Source of the DNA: Paramoeba atlantica
Lineage: Eukaryota; Protista; Discosea
Reading direction: 5' to 3'
DNA length: 26,362 nucleotides
NCBI GenBank assembly: GCA_977017575.1
Contig: CDRNVI010000222.1
Location: 1-26,362, forward strand
Shown: positions 9,916 to 21,409 of the stretch, piece after piece
How positions within the stretch are numbered: position 1 is the first letter of the stretch
Layout of the letters: each line of letters starts with the position of its first letter
Position numbers and translations under genes: made by a program
Notes under the pieces: model-generated
Database searches by the model: none
Seen by the model: the letters and a program-made list of their open reading frames with translations, nothing else
Told to the model about the DNA's origin: nothing

Positions 9916-12900
9916 AAATTAAATTATTGAATCATTTCATCAGTTTCATTTTCTATTTTATCAAATAAAATATTTTAAAGAATAAAGAGTGGAAAGAGAA
10001 GAGAAAAGAAAAGAAAAGAAAAAGAGAGAGAGAGAGAGAGTGAAAAAAGAGAAAAGAACAAAGAACAAAGAAAGAAAATGAAAAAAAAAAAAAAAGAGAA
10101 AAAGAAAAGAGAAGAGAGAAGAGAGAGAAAGGGGGGAAGAGAAAGGAAAAGAGAAAAGAGGTGAGAAGACAAGAGAGAGAGAAAAAAAGAGAAGAAAGAA
10201 GAAAGAGAAGGAAGAGAAGGAAGAGAAGAGAAGAGAAGAGAAGAGAAGAGAGAAGGAGAAAGAGAGAAGAGAAGAGAGAAGAGAACCTTTTTTTTGATAA
10301 AAAACACATCTGGTGCACCAACACCAATCACCCTGAAAAGAAAGATAAGAAGAGAAAAAGAGAAGAAGAGAAGAAGAAAAGAAGAAAAGAAGAGAAGAAA
10401 TAAAAAAAGAGAAAGAGAAAAGAGAAAAGAAGAGAAATGAAAAAAGAAATGAAAAAAGAAATGAAAAAAGAGAAATAAAAAAAGGGAAAGAGAAGAGAAA
10501 GAGAATTTCTCTTTCTTTTTTTCTTCTCTTTCTCTTCTCTTTTTATTATTTTTGAAAACTCTTTTTCTCTTTTCTCTCTTTTTCTTTCTTTCTCTTTCCA
10601 ATCTTTTCTCTCTTTTTTTTCTCTTTTCTCTCTCTCTTTCAAACTTGAGAACAATTTGAATCATCAAAACAAATCATTTCTTTCTCCTTCTCTCTCTTCT
10701 TTCTCTTCTTTCTTTCTTTCTCTTTCTTTCTCCTTTCTCTCTTCTCTTTTTCTCCTTTCTTTCTCTTTTTCTCTTCTCTCTTTCAAACCTGGTAACAATT
10801 TGAATCATCAAAGCAAATAATCCTATCAAAAAAAGAAAGAGAAAAAAAGAGAGAAGAAAACAAATCTCTCTTCTTTCTATTCTTTCTCTTCTTTCTCTTC
10901 TTTCCCTTTCTCTTTCTCTTTCTCTTTTTCTCTCTCTCTCTCTTCTCTCTCTCTTCAAACCTGGTAACAATTCAAATCATCAAAGCAAATAATCCCACCA
11001 AAAAAGAGAAAAAGAAAGACTATGAGAGAGAGAGAAGAAGCAATCCTCCAAAAAGAATTGAGCAAATAATTTTGTTCATCATCTTTGAAATATTGTTCTT
11101 TTCTGTTGAGAGAGAGAGAAAGAGAAAGAGAAGAAAAGAGAAAGAGAAGAGAGAAAGAAAGAGAGAAAAAGAGAGAGAAAGAAAGAAAAAGAGAAAGAGA
11201 AAAGAAAGTTTAAAAACCTTTGTTTGAACACCATAATGATATCTTTCTCCTCTGATATTTTTCAGAATCTGTTTTATTTTTTTGTTATTGATTGAAAGAA
11301 AATAAGAGAAAGAAAAGAAAAAATAAGAGAAGAGAGAAGAAGAAAAGAAGAGAAGAAGAAAAGAGAAAAGAGAAAAGAGAAGAAAAGAGAAGAGAAGAGA
11401 GAAGAGAAGGAGAGAAGGAGAGAAGAGAAGAGAGAGAGAAAAGAAAACCATTGCTTTTTTAACTTGAAAAGACCAATCCTTATGCTCCAAAATATAAGAT
11501 AAGGGTTTCAGGTGGTTCACACACATTTTATAAGAAAATTATTATTATTTATTATTTTAGAAAAAGAAGAGAGAGAGAAGTAAGAGGAAGAAGAGAAGAG
11601 AAAGAGGAGAAAGAAAGAGAAGAAGGGAAAAGAAAAAAAGAACCAGGAGAGTCATTTCTCCACCAAAAATAATCCCCACCTCAGTTAACACTCTCTTTGT
11701 TGCAGACACATCTGGAGAAAAAGAAAAGAAAGAGAAGAGATTAGGGGGGAAAGGAGAGAAAGGGAAAAAAAGAAAAAAGAGGATGAGAAAAATAATTCCT
11801 TGAAGAGAATAAGAAGAGAAAAGAGAGAGAGAAGAGAGAGAGAGAAGAGAAGATAAGAGAAGAGAAGAAAAAGAGAGGAGAGGAGAGGAGAGGGGAAGAG
11901 AAGGGAAGAGAAGAGAAATCCTAGAAACATAACCCTTTTGATATTACCAGCAAATAATAACTTCTCTCATGTGTGCATACATGCTTTCTGAGAAAAGAAG
12001 AAGAAGAAAAAGAGAAAAGAAGAAGAGAAAAGAAGAAAGAGGATATATTAGTCAATCAAAAGGGAAGAAAAACAGAGAAGAAAAAGAAAAAAAAAAGAAA
12101 AAGAAAAAGAGGAGAAACTTTGGAAACAATTAATTTTAATTCATTTGAGATTTGAACCACCCAAAAATATTCCTCTGTACCAAAGAAGATTAATAAGAAT
12201 GAAAGAGAAGAGAGAGAAAAGAGAAGAGAGAAAAGAGAAGAAAAAGAAAGAAAAGAGAAAACTTATTCATTTAAACACACACACTCAAGGAAATACATGT
12301 ATTTTAGAGAGAAAGAGAGAGAGAGGAAAGAAAGAAAATTGAGAAAAACCTCAAAGGAGAGGAGAACACTTCAGCAAAGAAGAAAGCAAGAGAAAGGGAA
12401 AAGGAAACTAAATATTAATTAAAAGAAAAGAAATGGAGGTGGCTGAAAAAAATCAAAAGAGAGAATAAGAGAAAAAAGAAAACAATCGACTATATTAATA
12501 ATAATAAATTTATTTTTTTAGATTTAAACAAAAAACCTTTCTTTTCTAAAATGAAGGAGGGGGTGATGAAAAGAAGGAGGTGAACACTCTTGAGTGTTCA
12601 GTTAGAGAGGAAATTTCTTTTTTTTGTGTTTTCCTGTGTATTGAGAAGAAAGAAAATGAGAGGAGAAAGCAGAGAAAAGAAAAGAAAAAGAAAAGAGAGA
12701 GGAAGAAAGAGAAACCAGAAGCAAGAGCAGAAAGCAGAGAAAGCTCAGAGAAAATCAAAAAGAAAGCAGGTGAGAAAAATTGGAGAAGCATCTCACAACA
12801 TCTCAGAACATATAATAATAAATACACATCAATCAGTACAAAAGGAACTCTTGATTTGCATGTGTTCTGTATTTTGAAAAGAAAGAAAATGAGAAAGAAC

Positions 12901-13827
12901 AAAAAAGACAAGAACAAAGAAAGAAGAAAGGAGGAGAGAAATTTGAGGGAGAGAAAACAGAAGGGGAAGGGAGAAAATAGAGAGAAGAAGAGAGAGAGAG
13001 AGAGAGAAACCAGAGAGAGAGGGAGCAGAGAAAGCAAAAAAGAAATTGGAGGAGAAATCAATAAGAAGAGAGTTCATTCAATGATGTTATTTATTCTGTA
13101 TTTTGAAAGAAAAAATGAGAAAAGAAAAGAGAAAAAAGAGAGAGAGAGGAAAAAATAAAAAAGTAATTCAAAAAATTGAACCTAGAAAAGAGTTATTAAA
13201 CATCATTGTATTTTTCTTTCCACTTCACTGAAAGAAAAGGAAGAAAAAAAGAAGTGTGGTTAGAAAAGAAAAACCAAAAAGAAAATAAGAATAAAATAAT
13301 AATAAAAAAAAAGAGAGAAAAAAAAGAAAGGAGAGAAAAAAAGATAAATACACACACCAAAGAGAGGAATCAGCAGAGGAATTGGCAAAAAAACATTGCA
13401 GAGAAATTAGCAGAGAAAAAAGGTGAACAAATTGGTCGGGGAATTGGTGGAGAAATATTGTAGAGAAACCGGTGAATAAATTGGCAGAGGAACCAGCAGA
13501 GAAATAATTGGCAGAGGGATTGGTGAAGGAATCAAAAAACCTTTTTATTTCTGTGCAGTGGAATAAAATATCAAAAAAAGAGAAAGAGAAAAAGAAAAGA
13601 AAAAGAGAAAGAAAGAAACCAGAGAGAGGGAGCAAGCAGAGAAATATTAAGGAACAAATCAGAAGAGAGAGAAGAAAAGAGAGAAGTGAGGAAACATTTG
13701 TAACAAAAAATAAATAAAAAGAAAGAAAGAGAAAACCTTTTTTGAAATAATTTAAAAGAATTCTGAGGTGATGGTGGGTCAATAGAACAAATAGTGGGCC
13801 CAAAAAAAAAGCGATTCACAGATACAG
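9916..13827 (-). repeat. Right arm of the large inverted repeat; carries extra exon-like modules (~10290-11440) absent from the left arm
   Basis: Reverse-complement similarity to 495-4020. It ends abruptly mid-island at 13827, where CpG-rich unique sequence begins. Confidence 0.9.
10560..11010 (-). repeat. Three tandem ~145-170-bp units, each with a mini-exon-like island (GATTATTTGCTTTGATGATTCAAATTGTTACCAG|GTTTGAAAG on the minus strand)
   Basis: Anchor AAAC(C/T)TG..AACAATT..AATCATCAAA at 10641, 10785 and 10957 (spacing 144 and 172). Confidence 0.85.
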
Positions 13828-13861
13828 ACCAAGAACGAAGCAAACTTTTTGACAAAAGTCT

Positions 13862-14378
13862 TTAGTCAGCAATGACACGGTCTGGTCCCAAGGGCCGGCC
13901 CTTGTATTTCTTGCAAGTTTTTGGATTCAAGCCATGGTATCCGACACTGCTCGTGTCACTGAGCTTCTGGATTGACTTCTTCAAGTCGGTCTGCAAATCT
14001 TCCCACTTGTAAGAGTGTCTGGCAAGGAGAGCTCTGGCAGTCTGAAACCCCGCAGGTCTGATCTCCAGAAAACCAACAGCAAGGAGATTGAAAGTACTGC
14101 AGAAGGTGGCTCCTGTCCGGAGGTGTTTTTCAAACAGCCTCCTCAGGGAATACTTTTTTTCGTGTCTGTCCTGGGGGACATTTTCCCACGCAATCCTTGT
14201 ATCGGGAAGGATTGACATCTCCAGGCTCTTGTTCAGGCAATATTTCACCAAGGTTTTCTCCCCTCCCCCTCCCCAAAAATTCCAGCATGAAGGTCCCTCT
14301 AGATTTCCAAGGGAACAGGAACGAGAGAAATGGTGCGACGGATGAAGATTCCCTCCAAGATGCTGTTCAGGCTTTCAC
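13862..14378 (-). CDS. Orphan high-complexity ORF (~170 codons), possibly the 3' part of a spliced or frameshifted gene extending to ~14560
   Basis: The frame of track ORF 13862..14251 stays open upstream to ~14378. Composition is balanced and GC-richer, unlike the flanks. No recognisable motif. Confidence 0.4.
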
Positions 14379-16239
14379 CTGGTTCGGGTTCCCGGGGAAA
14401 CAGCGCGATCTCAAAAGATTGCAGCAAATCTTCCGTAAATTTGGTTCAATATATTCACTGCCTTCCCCACCCTTCTTCTTCCTCTTCCTCCCATCATGAC
14501 GGGTTCGTTCTTCCCTCTTCCTCTTTCCCTCCACCATATCTTTCACACCAACCAAAAAATCAAAAACAAAAAAAAAAAGCGACACTTCCAATTAAAATAT
14601 CAAAAGATGTTCAGACTTCGAAAAGACGTCTTCATGATGTACAACACAGATTTAAGTCAAATAAGGATAAAACTAGTTTTGTCATTTTGAAATTTTTATT
14701 TCCTCAAAAATCCCCGCAACAATCCCCGCACTGAACAAAAACTCTGAAACAAAACCGATTCCGAATGTTGTCCAAATAATTAATTCTCTGTTTTCTCTTT
14801 GTACAAAATCCAATCTCGACTCCTCTCCTCATGATTCAAAAAATGAAAACCTTTGTAATCATCATCTTGAGAGATTACCAGTATGCCTCCTCTTGTTTGT
14901 TGGTAAAAGGAATAAACCCTTACTTGGTTGGTTTCCCTTGCGATGCACCCACCCCAATCTTTTCCCATGATTTTTGCTCTTGACTTTTCTTTTTTCTTTG
15001 TTTCTTTCCTTTTTCCCTTTCTTCCCTTTCCTTCTTTCCTTCACCTGCCCACTTCCTTTCTTCCTCAACTCAAGGGCCACTTCACAGATTAAGAGTCGAG
15101 GCTTCCGGCCTGAGTTTTGTTTTTGAAAGTTTCTCCTTCCTCCCTCTTTCGTTTTTGTTTTCTGGAAAAGTAGTTAATTTCGCTTTTTTTTTCGCGTGAT
15201 TTTTTCTTCGTGTTGAAAACTCCTTTTTTTTATTTTTCGTTTTTTTTTTGGCGTGGTCGCGGTTTTTGGCCGATTCTTGCGATTTTGTGATTCTGGCGAT
15301 TGTTTCAGAATCTCGTTTGTTTTGTCGTTTTCTCATTTGTGTTTGTTTTTTGTTTTCTTGTTTTTTCTTCTTCTTTTGAGAAAGTCTGTTTGTTGTTCTT
15401 TGAACTGAGCATCAAAATTGGAAACCATGTTTCGATTCCTGTTCTTTGTTCTTTGTTTCGGACCAAGGAGACCAAGTTCTTTTGGTCTCGTTTTTTGACT
15501 GAAGAAATTCTTCTCGGAAGATTTCTTTGCGCCTCTGATCCTTGTTCTCTCGTACGTACCTTAAGCATGTGTTCGTTTCGTTTTTGGTCTTTTGTTTTTG
15601 TACTTTTGGATCAAGACTTTGTCCCTCATTTTGTCTCACTTTGCCCTTTACACTTTTGTTCATTGCTCTCTCAATGATCATTCTGTTGCTTGTTCATCTT
15701 GCCGGATCTCTTGGTACTGTTTATTTGTTGGTTTTTCTCCTGTCTTGAGATGTTTTCGATAATTAATTGTTTTATGAAGCGCAGTATATCTAGAGTTTCT
15801 GTTTCTCTTTCTTTTCTCTTGTTTTCTTTGTGGAGATTCTGCTCCCCTCCTCCCTCACACGTGGTGCTCCTGGTGACTTCAAATGAGAGACTGATTGTGC
15901 TCTTCTGATTTATCAAGGATTGTTTTTCCTGATTCTTCTCCTTTTAAAACGGCTGTGCGTTTTTCGGTTTTTCACCCCGCTTTTCTTTCGCACATTTTTG
16001 GGCCCGCCCCGGATTTGGTGGTGAAAATCGGTTTTTCGTTTCTCTTGATCTTTCTTTTTGCTTTTTCTGCTTTCTTTTCTTTCGTTTTACGATTGAACTT
16101 GGTTGTTGGTGAATCCTGCCCATTTTCCCCGGTCGATTTTGGATTATTAGCGAGAAAGTTCCAGTTTTTCGATTTTTTTCTCCCTTTTCTGAAGGTGGTG
16201 ACTTTCAAACCCCTTCTTTTGTGGCCCTTTCTGTTTTGT

Positions 16240-18240
16240 TTCATCCCTTTTCAATTCTTGAGGATATCTGAGACCCAAATAACCTTTTTGGAAAGATGTT
16301 TCTCTTTTCTGGGCTCTGTGTTTTGGTCGATTTTCGAGAAAAAGAACTCTGATTTGAAGCACTTGTGTTCTGGAATCGACTTTTGCACCGATTTTACGCA
16401 TCACTCTCTTTTCTTGTTGACTCTCAAGGTGATTCAAAGCTTTAAACAATTTTTTGGAAATTTATTTCAATTTTTGACCTTGTTTTGTTGGAATTTCCGG
16501 AAATCTCCTCTCTTTTGGCAAATCATGTTCCAGAGTCACTTTCTTGTCGGTTTTATGTTCCTCTGTTTTGTCTTTTATTGATTCTCAAGGTGATTCAAAG
16601 CTCTTGACGAATTTTTAGAATTCAATTCCCTCTCTTGATCTTGTTTCGGTGGAATCTCTGAAAAACACCCCTATTTGAAGCTTGAAAGTTGTTTTTCTTT
16701 TGATTTTGTTTTTCTGCCTTCTTGCTTTTTGACGATTACCACAGAACAATTCAAAGTCCCCTGCGAATTTTCAGAATATTTGATTCTCTCTCTGGACCTT
16801 GTTTTGGTGAATTTTTCGAAAACCCCATATCTGAGCTAATTGTGATCTGAAGTCGTTTCTCTTATCGATTTTCTCTCTCTATTTTGCTCATTGTTGATTC
16901 TCAAAGTGATTCAAAGCTCCCATTGAATGTTCCAGAATTGGATTCCCTCTTTTCTTTTGACCTTGTTTTTGCGGAATTTTGGAAAAGACACTTATTTGAA
17001 TCAATTGTGTTTTGGACATGTTTTCTCAATAGTTTTCTCCTCTATTTTGTTTGTGAGCGATTCTCGAAGTGTTTGGAAGCTTTTGGTGACTTTTCAGAAA
17101 TTTATTCCTCATTTTGACCTTGTTCTGGTGGAATTTCTAAAAGATCTCTCTCTTTGAGCCCTTGTGTTTTGGAAGATCTCTCCCTAATTAGCCTTTGTGT
17201 TTTGGAATTGTTTTTGGACGGTTTCTTTCTCTCTATTTCGTTTTTGGTGACTCTTTGAGGTGTTTGGAAGTTACCAAGCGATTTTTCGGAAGGTTATCCC
17301 CTATTCTGATCTTGTTTTGGCGAAATTTTCGAAGAATCTCTTGTTTTGGACGATTTGAGACAATTACAATTGGACTTATTTTCCCCCCAGTGATTTCTTT
17401 CCCTCCTTTATTTTGTCCCCTGGCAATCTCTAAGACATTTCGAACAATCCCCATAATTTTTGGAAATTTATCCTTCTTTCTGGGCCTGTTCTCACAGAAA
17501 TTTGAAAACTTCCCTCCCCACAGTGACTGGATCTTGTTTTGAACTGTTCTTTTGAGTGGTTCTCCTTTCTCTTCCCTCTTGCTTTTCGACGATCCTAGTG
17601 GCAACTTAAGACTCTTGATAATAATTTGGAATTCCAGTCCCCTTTTCGAAGTTGTTTGAGCAATATTTTGGAAACACCCTGTTTTGGCCAGTTCTGAGCG
17701 AGCCCATTTGGATCAATTCTCTTTTGTGATTTCTTTCCTCTTATTTTGTTCTTGGTTGATCTTTGAAACATCTCGAACAATCCCCATAATTTTTGGAAAT
17801 TTACTCACTCTTTTGTGTCCTGTTTTGCGAAATTTTGAAAACCCCAACCACTGACTGGATCGCTCTCCGAAATTGCTCTGTTTAGTAGTTTTACTATTCT
17901 TGTTTTGTTCTTTGACGATTTTAGCGGCATTAAAAGGCTTTCAACAAATTTGAGAAGTTTGTTCTCCTCTTTTGAGCTTGTTTGAGTGACATTCCGGAAA
18001 TACCTTGTTTGGCCCGATTTTGAGCTAATTAAATTTGAAGTCATTTCCTTCAGTGGTCTTTTGGTTCTCTGCTTACTCCTTTGGTGATTTGCAAAACATT
18101 GTTACTCCTTTCGCTGATTTCTTAAGAAATTACTCTCTATCTCAGTTCTGTTTTGGTGGTATTTTGAAAAGTTTTGTTTGTGTGACTGTGAGGATTCCTG
18201 ATTTTTCTTTCGTGACCCGCTGATTTTGAGTGTATTCCCC
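16240..18240. repeat. Degenerate tandem array with ~160-170-bp monomer (core)
   Basis: GA(C/T)CTTGTT anchors at 16476, 16637, 16795, 16959, 17116 and 17308 (spacing 161, 158, 164, 157, 192; the last unit has a ~30-nt internal duplication). A 31-nt identity TCGAACAATCCCCATAATTTTTGGAAATTTA lies at 17440 and 17773 (333 nt apart, two monomers). Confidence 0.85.
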
Positions 18241-21100
18241 CTTTCATCCTTGAGTTGAACTTGTGGACAACCTCCTTTGTAGAATTTTGTGGGACAAGAA
18301 AGACCTTTCTGAGATCTTTTTCTTTCTGAATCATTTTTGGGCCAATCCTTGGATTCTCAAATATCTCGTCCGATTTCTTGAGTTTGTGAGAATGAACCTT
18401 GCATTGTTTGAGTCAGTATTGACGATAAATTACCTCTAAATTTATTGAAGTTCCTTTTTTTTTGGATCGGATTTTCTTCAGAAACAACCCTTTGTTGGTT
18501 ATCCTGGACTTTCATTGTTCCGTGGGCTCCAAGTTTCGGATATTCTCTTGTATTTTCCGCCAGAGTGACTCCCTGTTTTTTGTATTTGGATTACTGAGTG
18601 TTCTTTTGTGGCCTTTGTTTGCTCTTTATCCAAGCGAAACAACGAAACACCCCCTCTTTTCTTAACTCTTTCCTGCAAGAATTGTTTAAAGTGGAAGTTT
18701 TGGAATTTCCCATTGTTTCTTGGCCCCGAGACCTCATAGTTCCATTTTTCTTGGCAATTTTCGAGTTTCTGGCATCTTGTTTCTTTTTTTTGAATTGAGT
18801 AACAACACAGGACATTTTAGAATTATTGCTGTTGGATAATCATTTGTTTGTCGGGATTTTCTGGGATTATTCTCTCTTGATTTCTTGGAATTCTTCCGTG
18901 CTGTTTCCAGTCGCCGAATTTTCCCGTGTCTCTCTGATTTCTTCATTATTGGAATTTTGTTTGTGACAAAATCCTTTTGACTCCTCTTGTTTTTGGATTT
19001 TGCGGATTTTTGAGCATCCCAGAAGTCTAGTTTTCTTCAACACCAGTATTCATTCCGGTGAAACCCCTTGAATTTTTGTGGCCCAATTCCTTCTTTTCTT
19101 GGATTGAGGCTGGAAACTTTCCTTGAAATTACTGACTTATTGTGTGGAGAATCCTTAGTTTCGATTTTTTTGAGAGTTACCTTGTTCAACTGGATCAACC
19201 CCTTGAATTATACACTGTATTTGTGACCTTTTGGACACCTTGTTTTTCGTCTAGTTTGAATTGGATCAGTGACTTCTGTGACAACAACGCAACGATTTTA
19301 TTTGTTTTGGATTTGGCGATCTCTAAGGTGTGTACAATCTTTTGGTGATCTTTGGAAAAATCAATTTCTATTCTCGGCCTTGTTTCGTGAAACTCTGAGA
19401 AAACCCCTTGTTTGAGGCTTGATTGTGAAGAATTTCGATATTTCTGCACCACCAATGACTTCAAATATGCATTTCTCTTCCACCAATCGACTCTGGGCAC
19501 ATTTCCACCTCACTCCTGAACCGAAATTGTGGACAATCCCTTTCTGGAATTTCATTTTGTGGTGAAAGACTCCCTGAGACTAAATTTCCCCGGAAACAAC
19601 CACCTTTTTGGCCATTTCTCGGATTCTCAAACATTATACATGATTTCTCGGGTATGCGGGCGGACTATACCTTGTTCTAAACCAGTAGAAGTGTAAAATC
19701 GCCTGTACATTTGTTGAAGTTCTTTTCTGGGACCGAATCTCTGAAAATTACCCTAATATTGGCAATTTTGGAATTTCTCACTCTTTTTTATTTGGTTTCA
19801 ATTCCCAAAGACTCTTTATATTTTTGTTTGAGGTTACGGAAATAATTGAAGTTCCTCTTTGGAAGTCTTACTTTTCGAAAAATCTCTCAATGACAGAAAT
19901 TTGGATCTTATTCTCCCAATTCCTGAGTTTGTGAATCAGTTGTCAGTAACACCTTGTGGAATCACTCCTGTTTTGTTGATTTTCTGGAACCCCCTTTTTG
20001 CTCTCTCTGCCGATTATTGAGCTCTTTTGTGGTTTCATCACCCTCCCATCCAAGTGAAGTAACAGCATCTCTCTCTCAACTTTCCAGTGAAAGAATCGTT
20101 CAGTGATGTTAAACTTTTCGAAATTTCCTTTGCTTCTTGACTTTGAGATTTCTCAGCTTCATTTCCTTGATGATATTCGAGTTCTCAACAACTGGTTGCT
20201 TTTCTCTTTGAATCGAGCGGAAAATTGGAACATTTTGGAACATTTTGGGAACATTTTGGAACTCTTATTCTCGGATATCCATCTTGTTGGCAAAGCTCCT
20301 TTTTGGATTACTCCTGACTGATTTCTTGAACTTCTTTTGGTTTCACTTTTTGATTATCGAGCTCTCTTGTGGTGGTCTTACCATTCCCCACATTATGCAA
20401 GTGGAGCGACGGAACCTCTCTCATGATTTCCCTTCTGGAAGAATTGTTTTTGTAACAGAATTTTCGACAATTTCCCTTTGCTTCTTGACTTTATGGATCC
20501 TCAGTTCATTTTTGAGTTCTCAGTGATTCTTTCTCCTTCTACTTGAATTAAGTGAGATATCGGAACATTCTGGAATTTCCTTTTCTCCAAATAGTCATTT
20601 TTAATGGCGAAACTCCCCCAAGAGATTGCTTTTCTCTGCTGACTTTTGGGATTCCTCTCTTGTTGTTGGATTATTGAGTTGTTCTTGTGACTTTATATTC
20701 CCCCTTTCAAACCAGTGAAGCGAATTCTTGGATCTTCTCTTTGAAACTATTGCCTTGTTCATGGAATTTTTGGAACAACTCTCCGTATTGTTTGATTTTG
20801 GGATTTCCTTTGCCTTGATTCTCGAATTTTGAGTTTTTTTATTCTGGTTTCTTATTTCCTGAAGTCTTTGGAACACACTGGTATTGTATTCTTTGAATCT
20901 AAGTTGGGCACAAATCTTTTGGAATTGTATTCTTTGGAAAATCATCTCATGAACAGAGCAATCCAAATGCAGAACCAATCTTGTTTTGTTGATTTTAGAC
21001 TTCTCATTCCTATTCTTTTGATTTTCAAGCCCCTCTAACTTTTGTAACTTCTTTGGGATCAATTGGAACAATGCGATATTTTCGAATTTTATTCTTTGAA
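18240..21100. repeat. More degenerate continuation of the array; ~320-340-bp dimer periodicity in the distal part
   Basis: GATTAT(T/C)GAG(C/T)T..T..TTGTG at 20012, 20352 and 20669. AATTTCC(C)TTTGCTTCTTGACTTT at ~20122 and ~20469. Same T-tract/TTGGAA composition as the core. Confidence 0.55.
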
Positions 21101-21409
21101 AGGACTGCCTTATTGCCAAAATTTTTGGATTGTTGAGTCATTATTCTGTGCTGAGCCAATTTTGGGGTACTCCTTGCTCTGATTTTGATTCAAATCTTCT
21201 GGTGGTCCCTTTTCCTCCCTGGCTTGCTGAAATGTTGCCTCATTGGAAGGATTGTTATTCTCTATTATTGGATTTGTGACTCCAATAAAATTGGAGATTC
21301 TGCTCCCCTCCTCACAATTCTATTGCTGATGCTTCCTTCTCTCTCATCCTCGATTCTCTCTATTCTAAGTTTCTTTTCTTTTCAAGAAACCTTGATTCAA
21401 AATTTTCCT

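Noticed and set aside
13162-13236. Short GTAATT...AG intron on the purine-rich strand, implying K/E-rich proteins encoded by the GA strand
   Set aside because: Most other islands lack GT/AG on that strand, while splice signals are consistent on the pyrimidine strand.
251-13855. Dozens of long F/L/S-rich and K/E/R-rich ORFs in the track
   Set aside because: They are translations of CT/GA microsatellite tracts, which lack stop codons by composition. The MIOS gene shows such tracts are intronic here.
16240-21100. CRISPR array or intact protein-repeat (LRR/ankyrin) gene
   Set aside because: There is no identical short repeat with unique spacers and no cas genes. Unit lengths are not consistently multiples of 3 and all frames are frequently interrupted.
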